DNA of 13,318 nucleotides from Candidatus Xenobia bacterium (GTDB lineage Bacteria > Vulcanimicrobiota > Xenobia > Xenobiales > QWHO01). The translations under genes and the position numbers were made by a program. How positions within the stretch are numbered: the first letter of the stretch is position 1; every line of letters begins with the position of its first letter. The notes below the pieces were generated by a model. That model ran no database searches and was not told the origin of the DNA. It was given only the letters and a program-made list of their open reading frames with translations. Positions 1 to 8,500 of the stretch are shown here, one piece after another. Where the stretch lies: assembly GCA_045863235.1 (NCBI GenBank), contig BTUM01000132.1, positions 1 through 13,318 of the forward strand. The letters run 5' to 3'.

Positions 1-162
1 GGGCGAAGAACCCGCGGCTCCTAGGGCCGAGCCCGAGCAGCCGGTGGCTCCCAAACCCGAGCCCGAGCCAGTGGCTCCCAAGGGCGAAGAGCCCGCGGCT
101 CCTAAGGCCGAGCCCGAGCAGCCGGTGGCTCCCAAACCCGAGCCCGAGCCAGTGGCTCCCAA
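1..162 (+). repeat. 81-bp (27-aa) in-frame tandem repeat, 2 copies visible, may continue upstream
   Basis: 1-81 and 82-162 differ at only two positions; unit GEEPAAP(R/K)AEPEQPVAPKPEPEPVAPK, built from 9-aa subunits ending AP(K/R). Confidence 0.95.
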
Positions 163-1987
163 ACCGGACCAGCCGGTCACCCCACCGGTCAACCCGACTC
201 CGGTCAAGCCTGATTCCCCCCGGCCAGGGCCGGGCATGCTGCGACGCTGGTTCGAGTTCGGCATGGAAGGGGGAGTCATCGGAAAGTGGCTCAAGGACAA
301 TCCCGGGATGGGGTTGGGCAAGCTCGGCGAGGACCTGGGCGGCGTCATTGGAAAGCTCAACGAGAAGAGCCGCGTGTTGCTCGAGAATGTGGGCATCCAC
401 ACCGACGACATCCTGGGTAAGACCGATCCGCCGCCTCCGGTTCTCCCGAGGGGCCAGGAGCCTCCGGTTCTCCCCAAGGGCCAGGAGCCTCCGGCCCTCC
501 CCAAAGGCCAGGATCCTCCCGCTCTCCCCAAAGCTCAGGTGGACGGCCCTGAGCCGCCCCGCATTCCCACAAGAGCTGAGCTTGACGACCTGGCGCGCAA
601 GAGGGTCGAGAACTTCCCCGACCACGTTCTGCTCAATCGGTTCCAGAACCAGGGCCACTTCGGGCAGCTCGATCCACAGCAACAGATGACCGTTCTGGAG
701 CTGGCCGCCCGCCACAAGCCCGAGCAGCCGACCGGCTTGTTGCAGCGCCTGTTCGGGGGCAGCAACGACGGTCCGTCGGCCATGGAAGGTCACCTGCACC
801 GATTGATGCGGGATGGGAAGCTGAACCTGAAGGACGTGAATGGCAACACGCTGCTCGACAACCTGGATGCGCTCGACCGCCAGGTCATGGCGCGCGGGCT
901 CAACCAGCGAGCCATTTCGGAAGAAGTGGCCGCCACCGTGGCCAACCCGGCTGCCTGCATCCGACAGGGCAACCGCGGCACCTGTTCGGCCACGACCGTG
1001 CAGTACATCCACGCCACCAGCGATCCAGCCGACTATGTCCGGGTTATGCGTGGCCTGACGGGCGAATCGGGCGAGGTCACCCTGCAGACCGGCAAGAAGC
1101 TGGTGCGGCCTGACAGCGCCCTGCCTGCCGATGATAGCGGTCGACGGGCCGCCGACCGCGTCTACCAGACTTCGGCGATGAATCACGCCTCCGGGCGCTA
1201 CGACAACAATGTGATCCAGCCTGATGGACGCGGCGGACACCTCACTCGCAGCGGCTCTTTCTCTTACGACGGCCTGAGCTCCAGGCAGGGAAACGATCTG
1301 CTCAACGACTTTCTGGAGGGGAGCTACGCCGTCAACGATGTGGGCGATGCTCTGCGCCGGGCAGGCCGGGAGTCTCCCGCGGGTCAGAAGATCATCGGAG
1401 AGTTCGAGGACCACATTCGGGCCATGAGGGCCAGGGGCGAGCCGGTGCACGTGGGGATGCAGTTCTCAACGGGAACACACTCGCGCCACGCCGTCTCGGT
1501 GGAGAACGTGGACGATCAGTTCGTCTACATCCGCAACCAGTGGGACATGCACGATCAGAACCTCTACAACCCCATGCAGGTTCGACGCGAGGCCCTCGGA
1601 GAAGGGCGCTCGCGCATCCGCAGAGATGAGTTCTATTCCCGCCTGGAGGCCTACCAGAAGCGTCTCACCCCCGAAGAGGTGGCCTGGACCGAAACTGCCG
1701 AGAAGATCGCCCATCATCGCTTCCTGTTCCCTGATGGAGACGACCTGACCAGCGCGTCTGTCGCCTCGCAGTTTGAGGACGCCTATCCTGGCATGCGCAT
1801 TACCCATCTCAGCGCCGACGAGCGGGCGGCCTTCTTCAGAGGATTCGACCAGCGTCTCAAGGGCATCGCCCAGGCCCACCACCGCGTAGGGGGCACCATG
1901 GAGGAAGCAGTGGCCAGTATGAACGAATTCATGAAGCCGTATGGTTACAACCAGGGTGACTTCGTGAGTCTGGCGGGTGTGGTGTGA
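1..1987 (+). CDS. 5'-truncated Pro-rich protein with putative papain/calpain-like (clan CA) cysteine protease domain
   Basis: The frame is open from base 2 (GEEPAAPRAEPEQPVAPK...), so the GTG at 44 is probably not the true start. Motifs: IRQGNRGTCSA (Gln codon 965, Cys codon 983), HAVSV (His 1487) and FVYIRNQW (Asn 1535), the Q..C/H/N order of papain-fold proteases. Stop TGA at 1985-1987. Confidence 0.75.
   Translation, partial: GEEPAAPRAEPEQPVAPKPEPEPVAPKGEEPAAPKAEPEQPVAPKPEPEPVAPKPDQPVTPPVNPTPVKPDSPRPGPGMLRRWFEFGMEGGVIGKWLKDNPGMGLGKLGEDLGGVIGKLNEKSRVLLENVGIHTDDILGKTDPPPPVLPRGQEPPVLPKGQEPPALPKGQDPPALPKAQVDGPEPPRIPTRAELDDLARKRVENFPDHVLLNRFQNQGHFGQLDPQQQMTVLELAARHKPEQPTGLLQRLFGGSNDGPSAMEGHLHRLMRDGKLNLKDVNGNTLLDNLDALDRQVMARGLNQRAISEEVAATVANPAACIRQGNRGTCSATTVQYIHATSDPADYVRVMRGLTGESGEVTLQTGKKLVRPDSALPADDSGRRAADRVYQTSAMNHASGRYDNNVIQPDGRGGHLTRSGSFSYDGLSSRQGNDLLNDFLEGSYAVNDVGDALRRAGRESPAGQKIIGEFEDHIRAMRARGEPVHVGMQFSTGTHSRHAVSVENVDDQFVYIRNQWDMHDQNLYNPMQVRREALGEGRSRIRRDEFYSRLEAYQKRLTPEEVAWTETAEKIAHHRFLFPDGDDLTSASVASQFEDAYPGMRITHLSADERAAFFRGFDQRLKGIAQAHHRVGGTMEEAVASMNEFMKPYGYNQGDFVSLAGVV
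434..538 (+). repeat. 27-bp (9-aa) in-frame tandem repeat, about 4 copies
   Basis: Units start at 434, 461, 488 and 515, encoding PPVLPRGQE / PPVLPKGQE / PPALPKGQD / PPALPKAQ. Confidence 0.9.
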
Positions 1988-2508
1988 ACTTTATCACCTT
2001 CACGAGCGGCGGCAGCATTTTTACCGGCGGTCAGGTTTCAGCTCAGCGGCCTGTGAGCGCTGGCGAGTCGTCGGCCTGCCCGGTTCCGACAGGAGACGAG
2101 GTCCAGACCTCCGGTGCGCAGGTCGTTGCTCCCGGGCCATCCCGCATTCTTGCTCCCGACCCGACAGTGCTGGCGGGGCAGAGCCTGACGAGCGGCTTCG
2201 GGGCCCTGCCGGCCGAAGGGAAGGTGGCCAGCTTGCTCGAGTCGACTCCCGCCCCCGGTGGGGCCCTGTCCGAGGAGAAGGCGCTCGCGATGCGCGACGA
2301 GTTGGAGCTGCTCGACCAGCTCGGCTATCTGGGTACCGGCCAGGTGGACTTTCCCAAGCCCTCGACCCCCGAGCACGCATTCGAGCAGATCGAGAAGGGC
2401 AAGCCCGTCTTCTGGCGCGAGACCCCCAACAGCGACCCGATCACCATCCTGGGCTGGCCGGCGCTGGAGAAAACCGCTCGCGAGGCGCGCGAACGGACCT
2501 ACCGCTGA
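1984..2508 (+). CDS. Hypothetical protein (174 aa), probably translationally coupled to the upstream protease-like gene
   Basis: GTG start overlaps the upstream TGA (GTGA, 1984-1987). Low-complexity N-terminus and a plausible folded C-terminal part (EEKALAMRDELELLDQLGYL...PVFWRE...WPALEK). No family recognised. Confidence 0.65.
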   Translation: MNFITFTSGGSIFTGGQVSAQRPVSAGESSACPVPTGDEVQTSGAQVVAPGPSRILAPDPTVLAGQSLTSGFGALPAEGKVASLLESTPAPGGALSEEKALAMRDELELLDQLGYLGTGQVDFPKPSTPEHAFEQIEKGKPVFWRETPNSDPITILGWPALEKTAREARERTYR

Positions 2509-2594
2509 TCGTTTTGTAAGCAGCTCGGCGGCGGAAGTGGATCCCTCGGGCCAGTGCAGGGGGCGACGGGTGGAGTTCAGAACCTCGGCTGTGC

Positions 2595-4124
2595 ATGAGC
2601 ATTCGTTCCATTGCTGTCATCTTGTTGCTGCTCGTGCTGGGGGGAAGGGCGGGAGCTCAGACCTTTTCGATCCAGCGGGTCGAGGTCGATGGAAACACGG
2701 TCCTGCCTGAGCCAACGGTACGCCAGGCGGTGGCCGAGCTCGAAGGGAAGCCGGTCACACTGGCTGACCTGCAGCGGGTCGCCGGGGCTCTGCGCGCGGT
2801 CTACGAGAAAGAGGGCTACTTCCTGGTACGAGTCCAGGTTCCCACCCAGACCCTGGCCGATGGCGTGGTGCGCCTCAAGGTCGTCGAGGGGCGGGTGGGC
2901 AAGCTGCGCGTGGAAGGCAACGAGCACTACTCCGAAGAGCTGATCCGCAGCTATCTCCAGCCTTTGCTCGAGGAGAAGGTGGCTCGCCTGGACACGCTTC
3001 ACCGCGGCCTCCTCCTGCTCAAGGACCTGATGAATCTCCAGGTCGAGTCATTCGTCGAGCCAGGCACCGAGCCGGGCACCGCCGACCTGATCATCAAGGC
3101 GAAAGACAGCCTCCCCTTCGAGGTGGGCCTCTCCTACGACAACTTTGGCAATCGGTTCACCGGTGAGCACCGCTTCACGGTGGCGCCCCACGCCGGCAAC
3201 CTCTTCGGCCACGGCGAGTCGCTCTACGTCGCCACCGTGGTCCCCTTCCCCTCGGTCGAATTCCAGCCCTATTTGCTGGCTGCCCTGCAGGTGCCCGTCA
3301 ACCGGGACGGCACGAAGGTGGGCGCCTCCTACGCCAATGGCGCTTTCACCGTGGGGGGCGATCTGGGGGTGCTGGACATCCGGGGCCGAGCGGACCTTTA
3401 CTCCCTTTTCGCCACCCACGCCCTGGTGCGGGCCGAGCACGAGAAGGGAGACCTGTTGCTGGCCCTCAACAGCAAAACTTACGACAACACCATTCTGGGA
3501 GCGCCTTCGAGCCACGACGAGATTCGCTCCCTCAGCTTCGGTTATCGGGGCGAGTGGACCGGTGAGGAAACGCGCGACCTGGCCTTCGTGGCCCTCACCC
3601 AGGGGCTGGGTCAACTGCTGGGCGGAACTCCCAATGGCTCGCCCACCGCGAGCCGCCCCGGAGCGGGCAACTCTTTCACCCGGCTCAACCTCGACTATGC
3701 TCACGTGCAGTCGCTGGGCCACCCGTTCCTGGTGTTGCGAGCCGGTGGCCAGGTGGCCAGCAACCCGCTGGTGGTAGGGGAGCAGTTCAGCCTGGGAGGC
3801 CCCGATTCGGTGCGCGGCTACAACCAGTCCGAGTTCCTGGGTGACGCGGGCTACGCGACCAGCGTCGAGCTCCGCGTGCCCCTCCCGGATCCGGACAGCC
3901 ACTTCCAGCTGGCCTGTTTCGTGGACCACGGCACCGAGTGGCTGTACGAGCCCCTGCCCGGCGAGTTTCCGCAGCGCTCTCTCACCGGCGCGGGACTGGG
4001 CTTTCGCTGGGAGGTGGCTGAGAAGACCCACCTGCGCTTCGACCTCGGTTTCCCGCTCTCGCCCTCGTTCAACTCCACCGGCGAGAGCCCCAAGTTGTAC
4101 GGACAGTTCGAAACACGTTTCTGA
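2595..4124 (+). CDS. ShlB/FhaC/HecB-family (TpsB, Omp85 superfamily) two-partner secretion outer-membrane transporter
   Basis: Signal peptide (IAVILLLLVLGGRAGA|Q). Two POTRA-like segments (IQRVEVDGNTVL...YEKEGYFLVRVQVPTQTLADGVVRLKVVEGRVG; VEGNEHYS...PGTEPGTADL), YDNFGNRFTG at the barrel start, the loop-6 motif FSLGGPDSVRGY...GDAGY...ELR, and a C-terminal Phe. Confidence 0.92.
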   Translation: MSIRSIAVILLLLVLGGRAGAQTFSIQRVEVDGNTVLPEPTVRQAVAELEGKPVTLADLQRVAGALRAVYEKEGYFLVRVQVPTQTLADGVVRLKVVEGRVGKLRVEGNEHYSEELIRSYLQPLLEEKVARLDTLHRGLLLLKDLMNLQVESFVEPGTEPGTADLIIKAKDSLPFEVGLSYDNFGNRFTGEHRFTVAPHAGNLFGHGESLYVATVVPFPSVEFQPYLLAALQVPVNRDGTKVGASYANGAFTVGGDLGVLDIRGRADLYSLFATHALVRAEHEKGDLLLALNSKTYDNTILGAPSSHDEIRSLSFGYRGEWTGEETRDLAFVALTQGLGQLLGGTPNGSPTASRPGAGNSFTRLNLDYAHVQSLGHPFLVLRAGGQVASNPLVVGEQFSLGGPDSVRGYNQSEFLGDAGYATSVELRVPLPDPDSHFQLACFVDHGTEWLYEPLPGEFPQRSLTGAGLGFRWEVAEKTHLRFDLGFPLSPSFNSTGESPKLYGQFETRF

Positions 4125-4134
4125 TCGGGGGCTC

Positions 4135-5037
4135 CTACTGGCCTTTCAGGAATCGTCCCACTGTCCACCCGAGCAGAACGGTGGCCAGCCCCACCAGGGC
4201 CACCAGCCAGCACTCCAGGAAGTAACCCGGGGTGGGAGCGGCTTCGAAGTTGACCACGCCCGGGTCGCCCGGCATGAAGCGGACGGTGAGCTGGCTCTCG
4301 GGTGCAAGTTGCTCTTTCCAACGCTCCAACCCGGCGCGATCGCTCGTTGAGAATCGAGATCCGGTGAGGCTGCGGTAGGTCCGGCCAAGGGCCTCGTACT
4401 CGAGCACCAGGCGCAGGCTGAATTTAGCCCGTCCCCGGCGCTGGACTTCGCTCTCCAGGACCCTGGCCTGGGCCGTGGGCCAGGACAGGATCTGAAGCTT
4501 GGTCCAGGCCAGCAATCCGCCCACGGCCAGGAACAGCAGCCCGGCCGCCACGAGAACAAGACCGGCACTGCGCGGCGAGCTGTCCTCGCGCAGAAAGCGA
4601 GTCATCGCCCAGGGGATGGCCAGGAAGATCAGACCCAGAACGCCCAGGACCACCGGGATGAAGAGGTCGGTCCAGCCCCAGGTGACGGCCATGCGAACAT
4701 CCGAGGGATCGGACGGGTTGACCGGCAGGTCGACCTGGCCACCCTCGGGGTAGTGGTCCACGATTCCCTGGATAAGACTGTGGATGCTGCTGGACATGTC
4801 GCAGTCCAGCTCGCGCTCGCGATCCTGCTCGCCCAGGCGATAACGGACCTGAATCTGGGCCCGATACTTGCCCTCCGAGGGCGAGACGACGTGGCTCTGA
4901 ACCACCGTGGCCTGGACCCGGGGCCATTGGCTCACCCGATAGGCCAGGTACAAGAACAGCATGGCCAGCGCCAGCAGCAGCACTCCGGCCATCCCGAAGA
5001 TCAAGCCGGCGTCGACCTGGATTCCTCTGGGTTTCAC
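4135..5037 (-). CDS. Membrane protein with two tandem DUF3592-like modules
   Basis: Two copies of TM-WP.(V/A)QA.V..S.V...Y...P.DP-TM (WPRVQATVVQS...VNPSDPS; WPTAQARVLES...FMPGDPG). Four hydrophobic helices; purine-rich AGGAAGGA upstream of the GTG. Confidence 0.8.
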   Translation of the reverse strand: MKPRGIQVDAGLIFGMAGVLLLALAMLFLYLAYRVSQWPRVQATVVQSHVVSPSEGKYRAQIQVRYRLGEQDRERELDCDMSSSIHSLIQGIVDHYPEGGQVDLPVNPSDPSDVRMAVTWGWTDLFIPVVLGVLGLIFLAIPWAMTRFLREDSSPRSAGLVLVAAGLLFLAVGGLLAWTKLQILSWPTAQARVLESEVQRRGRAKFSLRLVLEYEALGRTYRSLTGSRFSTSDRAGLERWKEQLAPESQLTVRFMPGDPGVVNFEAAPTPGYFLECWLVALVGLATVLLGWTVGRFLKGQ

Positions 5038-5287
5038 TTCCTCTGGTCCTTCCTGAAAGATTTACATGCCGGTGGCTATCCTCGGAGAACTTTCCAGGGC
5101 ATAACCAGGCCGGGGGGAGTTCCTCCCTGACTGGCGAATATTCTCCTCTAGATTCAGTGGGATATTTCTAACGGCAGCCCTGGCCCCTTCTGAAGCTAAC
5201 GGCCGTCTGGCCAAACGTCTCGTGCTGCTGTTCTTCCGTCCGGCCTTGCCGGAGCCCGATTGCTGGCTTGAGAGGAAGAACGATCCC

Positions 5288-5455
5288 ATGATGAACTTCG
5301 CGATGATACTCTTTACCGGTGCCATGTTGTTTGGCTCGGTGGAGGTGGGGATGCGCTCCCCGGTGGCCGGGGGAGCGGCTCGCGTGCTGGGAGGGCTCTC
5401 GGTCCTCTGTTTCCTGTTCGGATTGCTGGGCATGCTGGCGCGCGGCGGGGGCTGA
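5288..5455 (+). CDS. Small two-helix membrane protein (55 aa); weak resemblance to DUF1328
   Basis: ATG at 5288 is preceded by GAGGAAG. Sequence MMNFAMILFTGAMLFG...ARVLGGLSVLCFLFGLLGMLA has two hydrophobic segments. Confidence 0.5.
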   Translation: MMNFAMILFTGAMLFGSVEVGMRSPVAGGAARVLGGLSVLCFLFGLLGMLARGGG

Positions 5456-5466
5456 GGCTCGTCCTG

Positions 5467-5530
5467 CCGGGCCGGGCTGATCCCGGTCATCTGCCGTGTC
5501 CCTCAACCGGGCCGGACTGATCCCGGTCAT
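5467..5530 (+). promoter_or_regulatory. Tandem 24-bp direct repeat, each copy holding a CRP/FNR-like TGA-N6-TCA box
   Basis: ccgggccgggCTGATcccgGTCAT (5467-5490) and ccgggccggaCTGATcccgGTCAT (5507-5530): 23/24 identical, 40-bp period. The core resembles the FNR box TTGAT-N4-ATCAA. Confidence 0.6.
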
Positions 5531-5552
5531 TTCGCCCTCCCCGCCCGGCTTC

Positions 5553-5570
5553 TAAAGTGAGGCGGGAGGT
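5553..5570 (+). promoter_or_regulatory. Putative -10 element and ribosome-binding site of the 1817-aa gene
   Basis: TAAAGT at 5553-5558; GGAGGT at 5565-5570, 8 nt before the ATG at 5579. Confidence 0.55.
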
Positions 5571-5578
5571 GGCCTCAC

Positions 5579-8500
5579 ATGCCCGCTCGCCGGTATCTCT
5601 GGTTGCTCGTGATCCTGGCGCTGTTCGTTGCGCCCGCGATCGAGGCCGCCGACCGCGAGGTTCAGGTGCTGGTGATGGCCCCCGGCTACCAGAAAGACTG
5701 GGCCCTGGGTAAGGACCGCGACTCCATCGCGGCCAACTTTGACTTCATCCTCGAGCCCCAGACCTGGGACCAGACCCTGCAAGAGCTGGCCAAGGTGGGC
5801 GAGGGCGGACGCATCCGTCGGGCGGTCTTTCTCGGGCACGGCTACCAGACCGATGGCAAAGGTGGAATCATCGACTTCGGGCAGGACGTCAACGCCGCCA
5901 CCCTTCTGACCTATCGCACGCGGGCCTACAATCGGGGGGATGCTTCACTGCTCGATGCCTTCGCTCCCGACGCCGAGGTGATCTACTACAACTGCCACGC
6001 CGGGCAGGATCCAAAGTTCCTCCAGGAATCGGCCAATCTCTTCCTCGCCTTCTCGGGCGGCACCGTCTACGGGAGCGACGACTACGTGACCTCGGACGTC
6101 TCGGCCGTCAACAAAGTGCTCTACTGTCTGTCCTGGCTGCCCTTCGTGGAGGTCAACTTCAAGTCGCCCAGTAAGGTCGACTATCACAAATTCCCCCAAA
6201 CTACCCTCCCCCGGTTCATCTGGCGCGAGACCGAGAAGCTGCCCTGCTCGATTCAGGGTCCCACGCAGGTCAAGCCGCTCACCCGGGTCACGCTGGAGGC
6301 GGTGCTTCCCAAAGAGTACGCTCGCCCGGGCCTGGAGCCCCACATCCGCTGCTGGTGGTTCGAAGAGCTCGGTCCCAACAAGCGCGCGCGTGTGTCCAAG
6401 GAGCGGCGCCTGACGGTGGAGATGAGCAAGACCGGAAAGCGCAGCTTCACCCTGGAGGTGCGTCTGGACAACGACCTTGGGGCGCGTCTGCTGGCCAGCG
6501 TGCCCCATAGCATCGAGGTGGTGCCCCAGGTGGAGACTCCTACGCCTTCGCCGACCACGACTCCAACTCCCGAAGCCCCGGTGCTCAAGCCCACCGTGGT
6601 GGCACCCCCCGAGGTGTTGCAGACCGACGAGTTCGAACTCGAGGTCAAGCTGCCCGCCGGCCTGAGCGTGGCTCGCTACGAGTGGATCCAGAGGGGCTAC
6701 GAGGGGGGGCACAGTGTGGAGTACACCGTGGCCACCACCAGCGAGCCCAAGCTCAAGCACCAGCTTGGCTGGAACGAGCTGCGCGCCTTCCAGGTCAAGC
6801 TTTACGACGCGGCCGGCAAGTATCTGGACACCTCCGAGACCACCGTGGTCAAGGTGCTGGCGCCTCGCTTCGGGGTCACGCTCTACGGGGCCGGCTGGAC
6901 GGGTGGCGAGAACAAGGAGATGACGGGCCTGTCCTACCGACGGCCCGAGAGCATGCGGGTGGACGAGAAGCTCTCCGAGGGGGAGGGCTTTGCGCACGCC
7001 ACCGGCTCGGCCGGCAATGCCTACTTCAGCGTGCGCTGGATGGACTCGGGCGAGCTGCGCGACGGAGTGGAGGGCAGCCAGATGGTGGCCGGCTTCCGCG
7101 GCAACGGCGTGCGCTTCATCAAGGGCAAGTACGGCTTCATCGTGGACTCCAAAGCAGAAGCTTATTTCTGGACCAACACCGGCGGACCGGCCGGCAGCAG
7201 ACTGGCCGAGCAGCTGAGCGTCAAGTACCGGCCACAGATAGAAGCGCGTCGCAAAGCCACCCAGAAGGACCTGGACGCGATGCTGGCCAGCCTGATCATC
7301 ACCGCCGTCCCTGAGGAGCGCAAGGCGCCCGGCCATCCCGACGAGGTGGTGCAACCGCCCAAAGCCACCGTCAAGCTGAGCGCCGATCGCGTCCGGCTGG
7401 GGCTGGGCGAGACCGCCAACCTGGAGGTCAAGGTCGAGAACGCCGGCTCGGGCCTGACCTACGCCTGGTCGGGCCCGGTGGAAGGGAAGGGAGCCCGGGT
7501 GGTGGCCCGTCCCACGAGTGCCGGCAAGGTCAGCGTTTCGGTGGAGGTGCGCGATGCCTCCGGTCTGGTGGGCACCGCCTCGCTCGAGCTGGAGGTCGAG
7601 GGGGTGAAGGTGGAGCTGGTGAGCTCGGTTCCACCCACCATGATGGTGGGCGCCGAGCTCGACCTGGAAGCGAAGGTCACCCCCGCCACCCCCGGCTCGG
7701 TCCTGCGCTGGCAGAGCACTCCCGAGCTCACGATTCCCGAGGGGGCGAGGAGTAAGGTGGGGCTGACCGCTCCGGGACGCTTCCTCATCAAGGCCGTGTT
7801 GCTCGACTCCAAGACCGGAATGGTGCTGGGCGAGTCCAGCCCGATCGACCTCGAGGTGCAGGACGTGCCTTTGCGCATCGCCTTCGAGCCTTTGAAGGCC
7901 AGGGTGGGCCAGCCCCTCCAGGCCAGGGTGGCGGGCAACGCAGTGCCCAAGGATGCGCGATTCCTGTGGAACCTGCCCAATGAGCTGCGTCAGACCGAGG
8001 GGGGCCAGACGGCCTCCATCACGCTGATGCCGCTGCAGGAAGGTCGTTTCGCGGTCAAGGTGCTGGCCGTCACGACGGTAGCTGGAGAGGTCCTGGCTCA
8101 GGCCGAGACCACCCTGAAGGTGACTTTGGACTCGATTCGGGTAGAATCGCTCGATCCACTCAAGGCGGGCCAGGACATCCGGTTGAGGGCCACTTTCGCG
8201 CAGCCGGCCAGCTACCGCTGGACGGTCGAGGGGGGCCAGCTCGTGGGTTCGAGCGAGCAAGCCCAGGTGACCGTGCAGAGCCCGGGCGGAACCTGCACCG
8301 CCCGGGTGGAGGCCCTGGTGGAGGGCCAGGTGGTGGCTCGAGGCAGCCTGGCCATGGCCATCAGCGGCACCGCCAAGGTGGCCGACCCGCTGGAGGGCAG
8401 GGTGCGCGCCCTGGTGGAGCAGGGCAAGCACGAGGAGGCCCTTGCCCTGGTGGAGGCAGCCCCCTCGCGCCCGGCCAGCCTGACCACCTGGCTGGTGGGC

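Noticed and set aside
3048..4031. 327-aa minus-strand ORF and other short nested ORFs across the window
   Set aside because: They lie inside well-supported genes and have shadow-like composition with no motifs.
5040..5220. Short hairpin GGGAG-ttc-CTCCC, repeated CTAACGGC (5168, 5196) and a faint fluoride-riboswitch resemblance
   Set aside because: The matches are too short and the conserved GAUGG / GCUGAUGAC elements are absent. Probably just a divergent promoter region.
5536..5578. Alternative RNA pairings around the SD (cctccccgcc/ggcgggagg versus gtgaggc/gcctcac) as a translational switch
   Set aside because: If TAAAGT is the -10, transcription starts near 5565 and both 5' arms are not transcribed. 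It would matter only for read-through transcripts.
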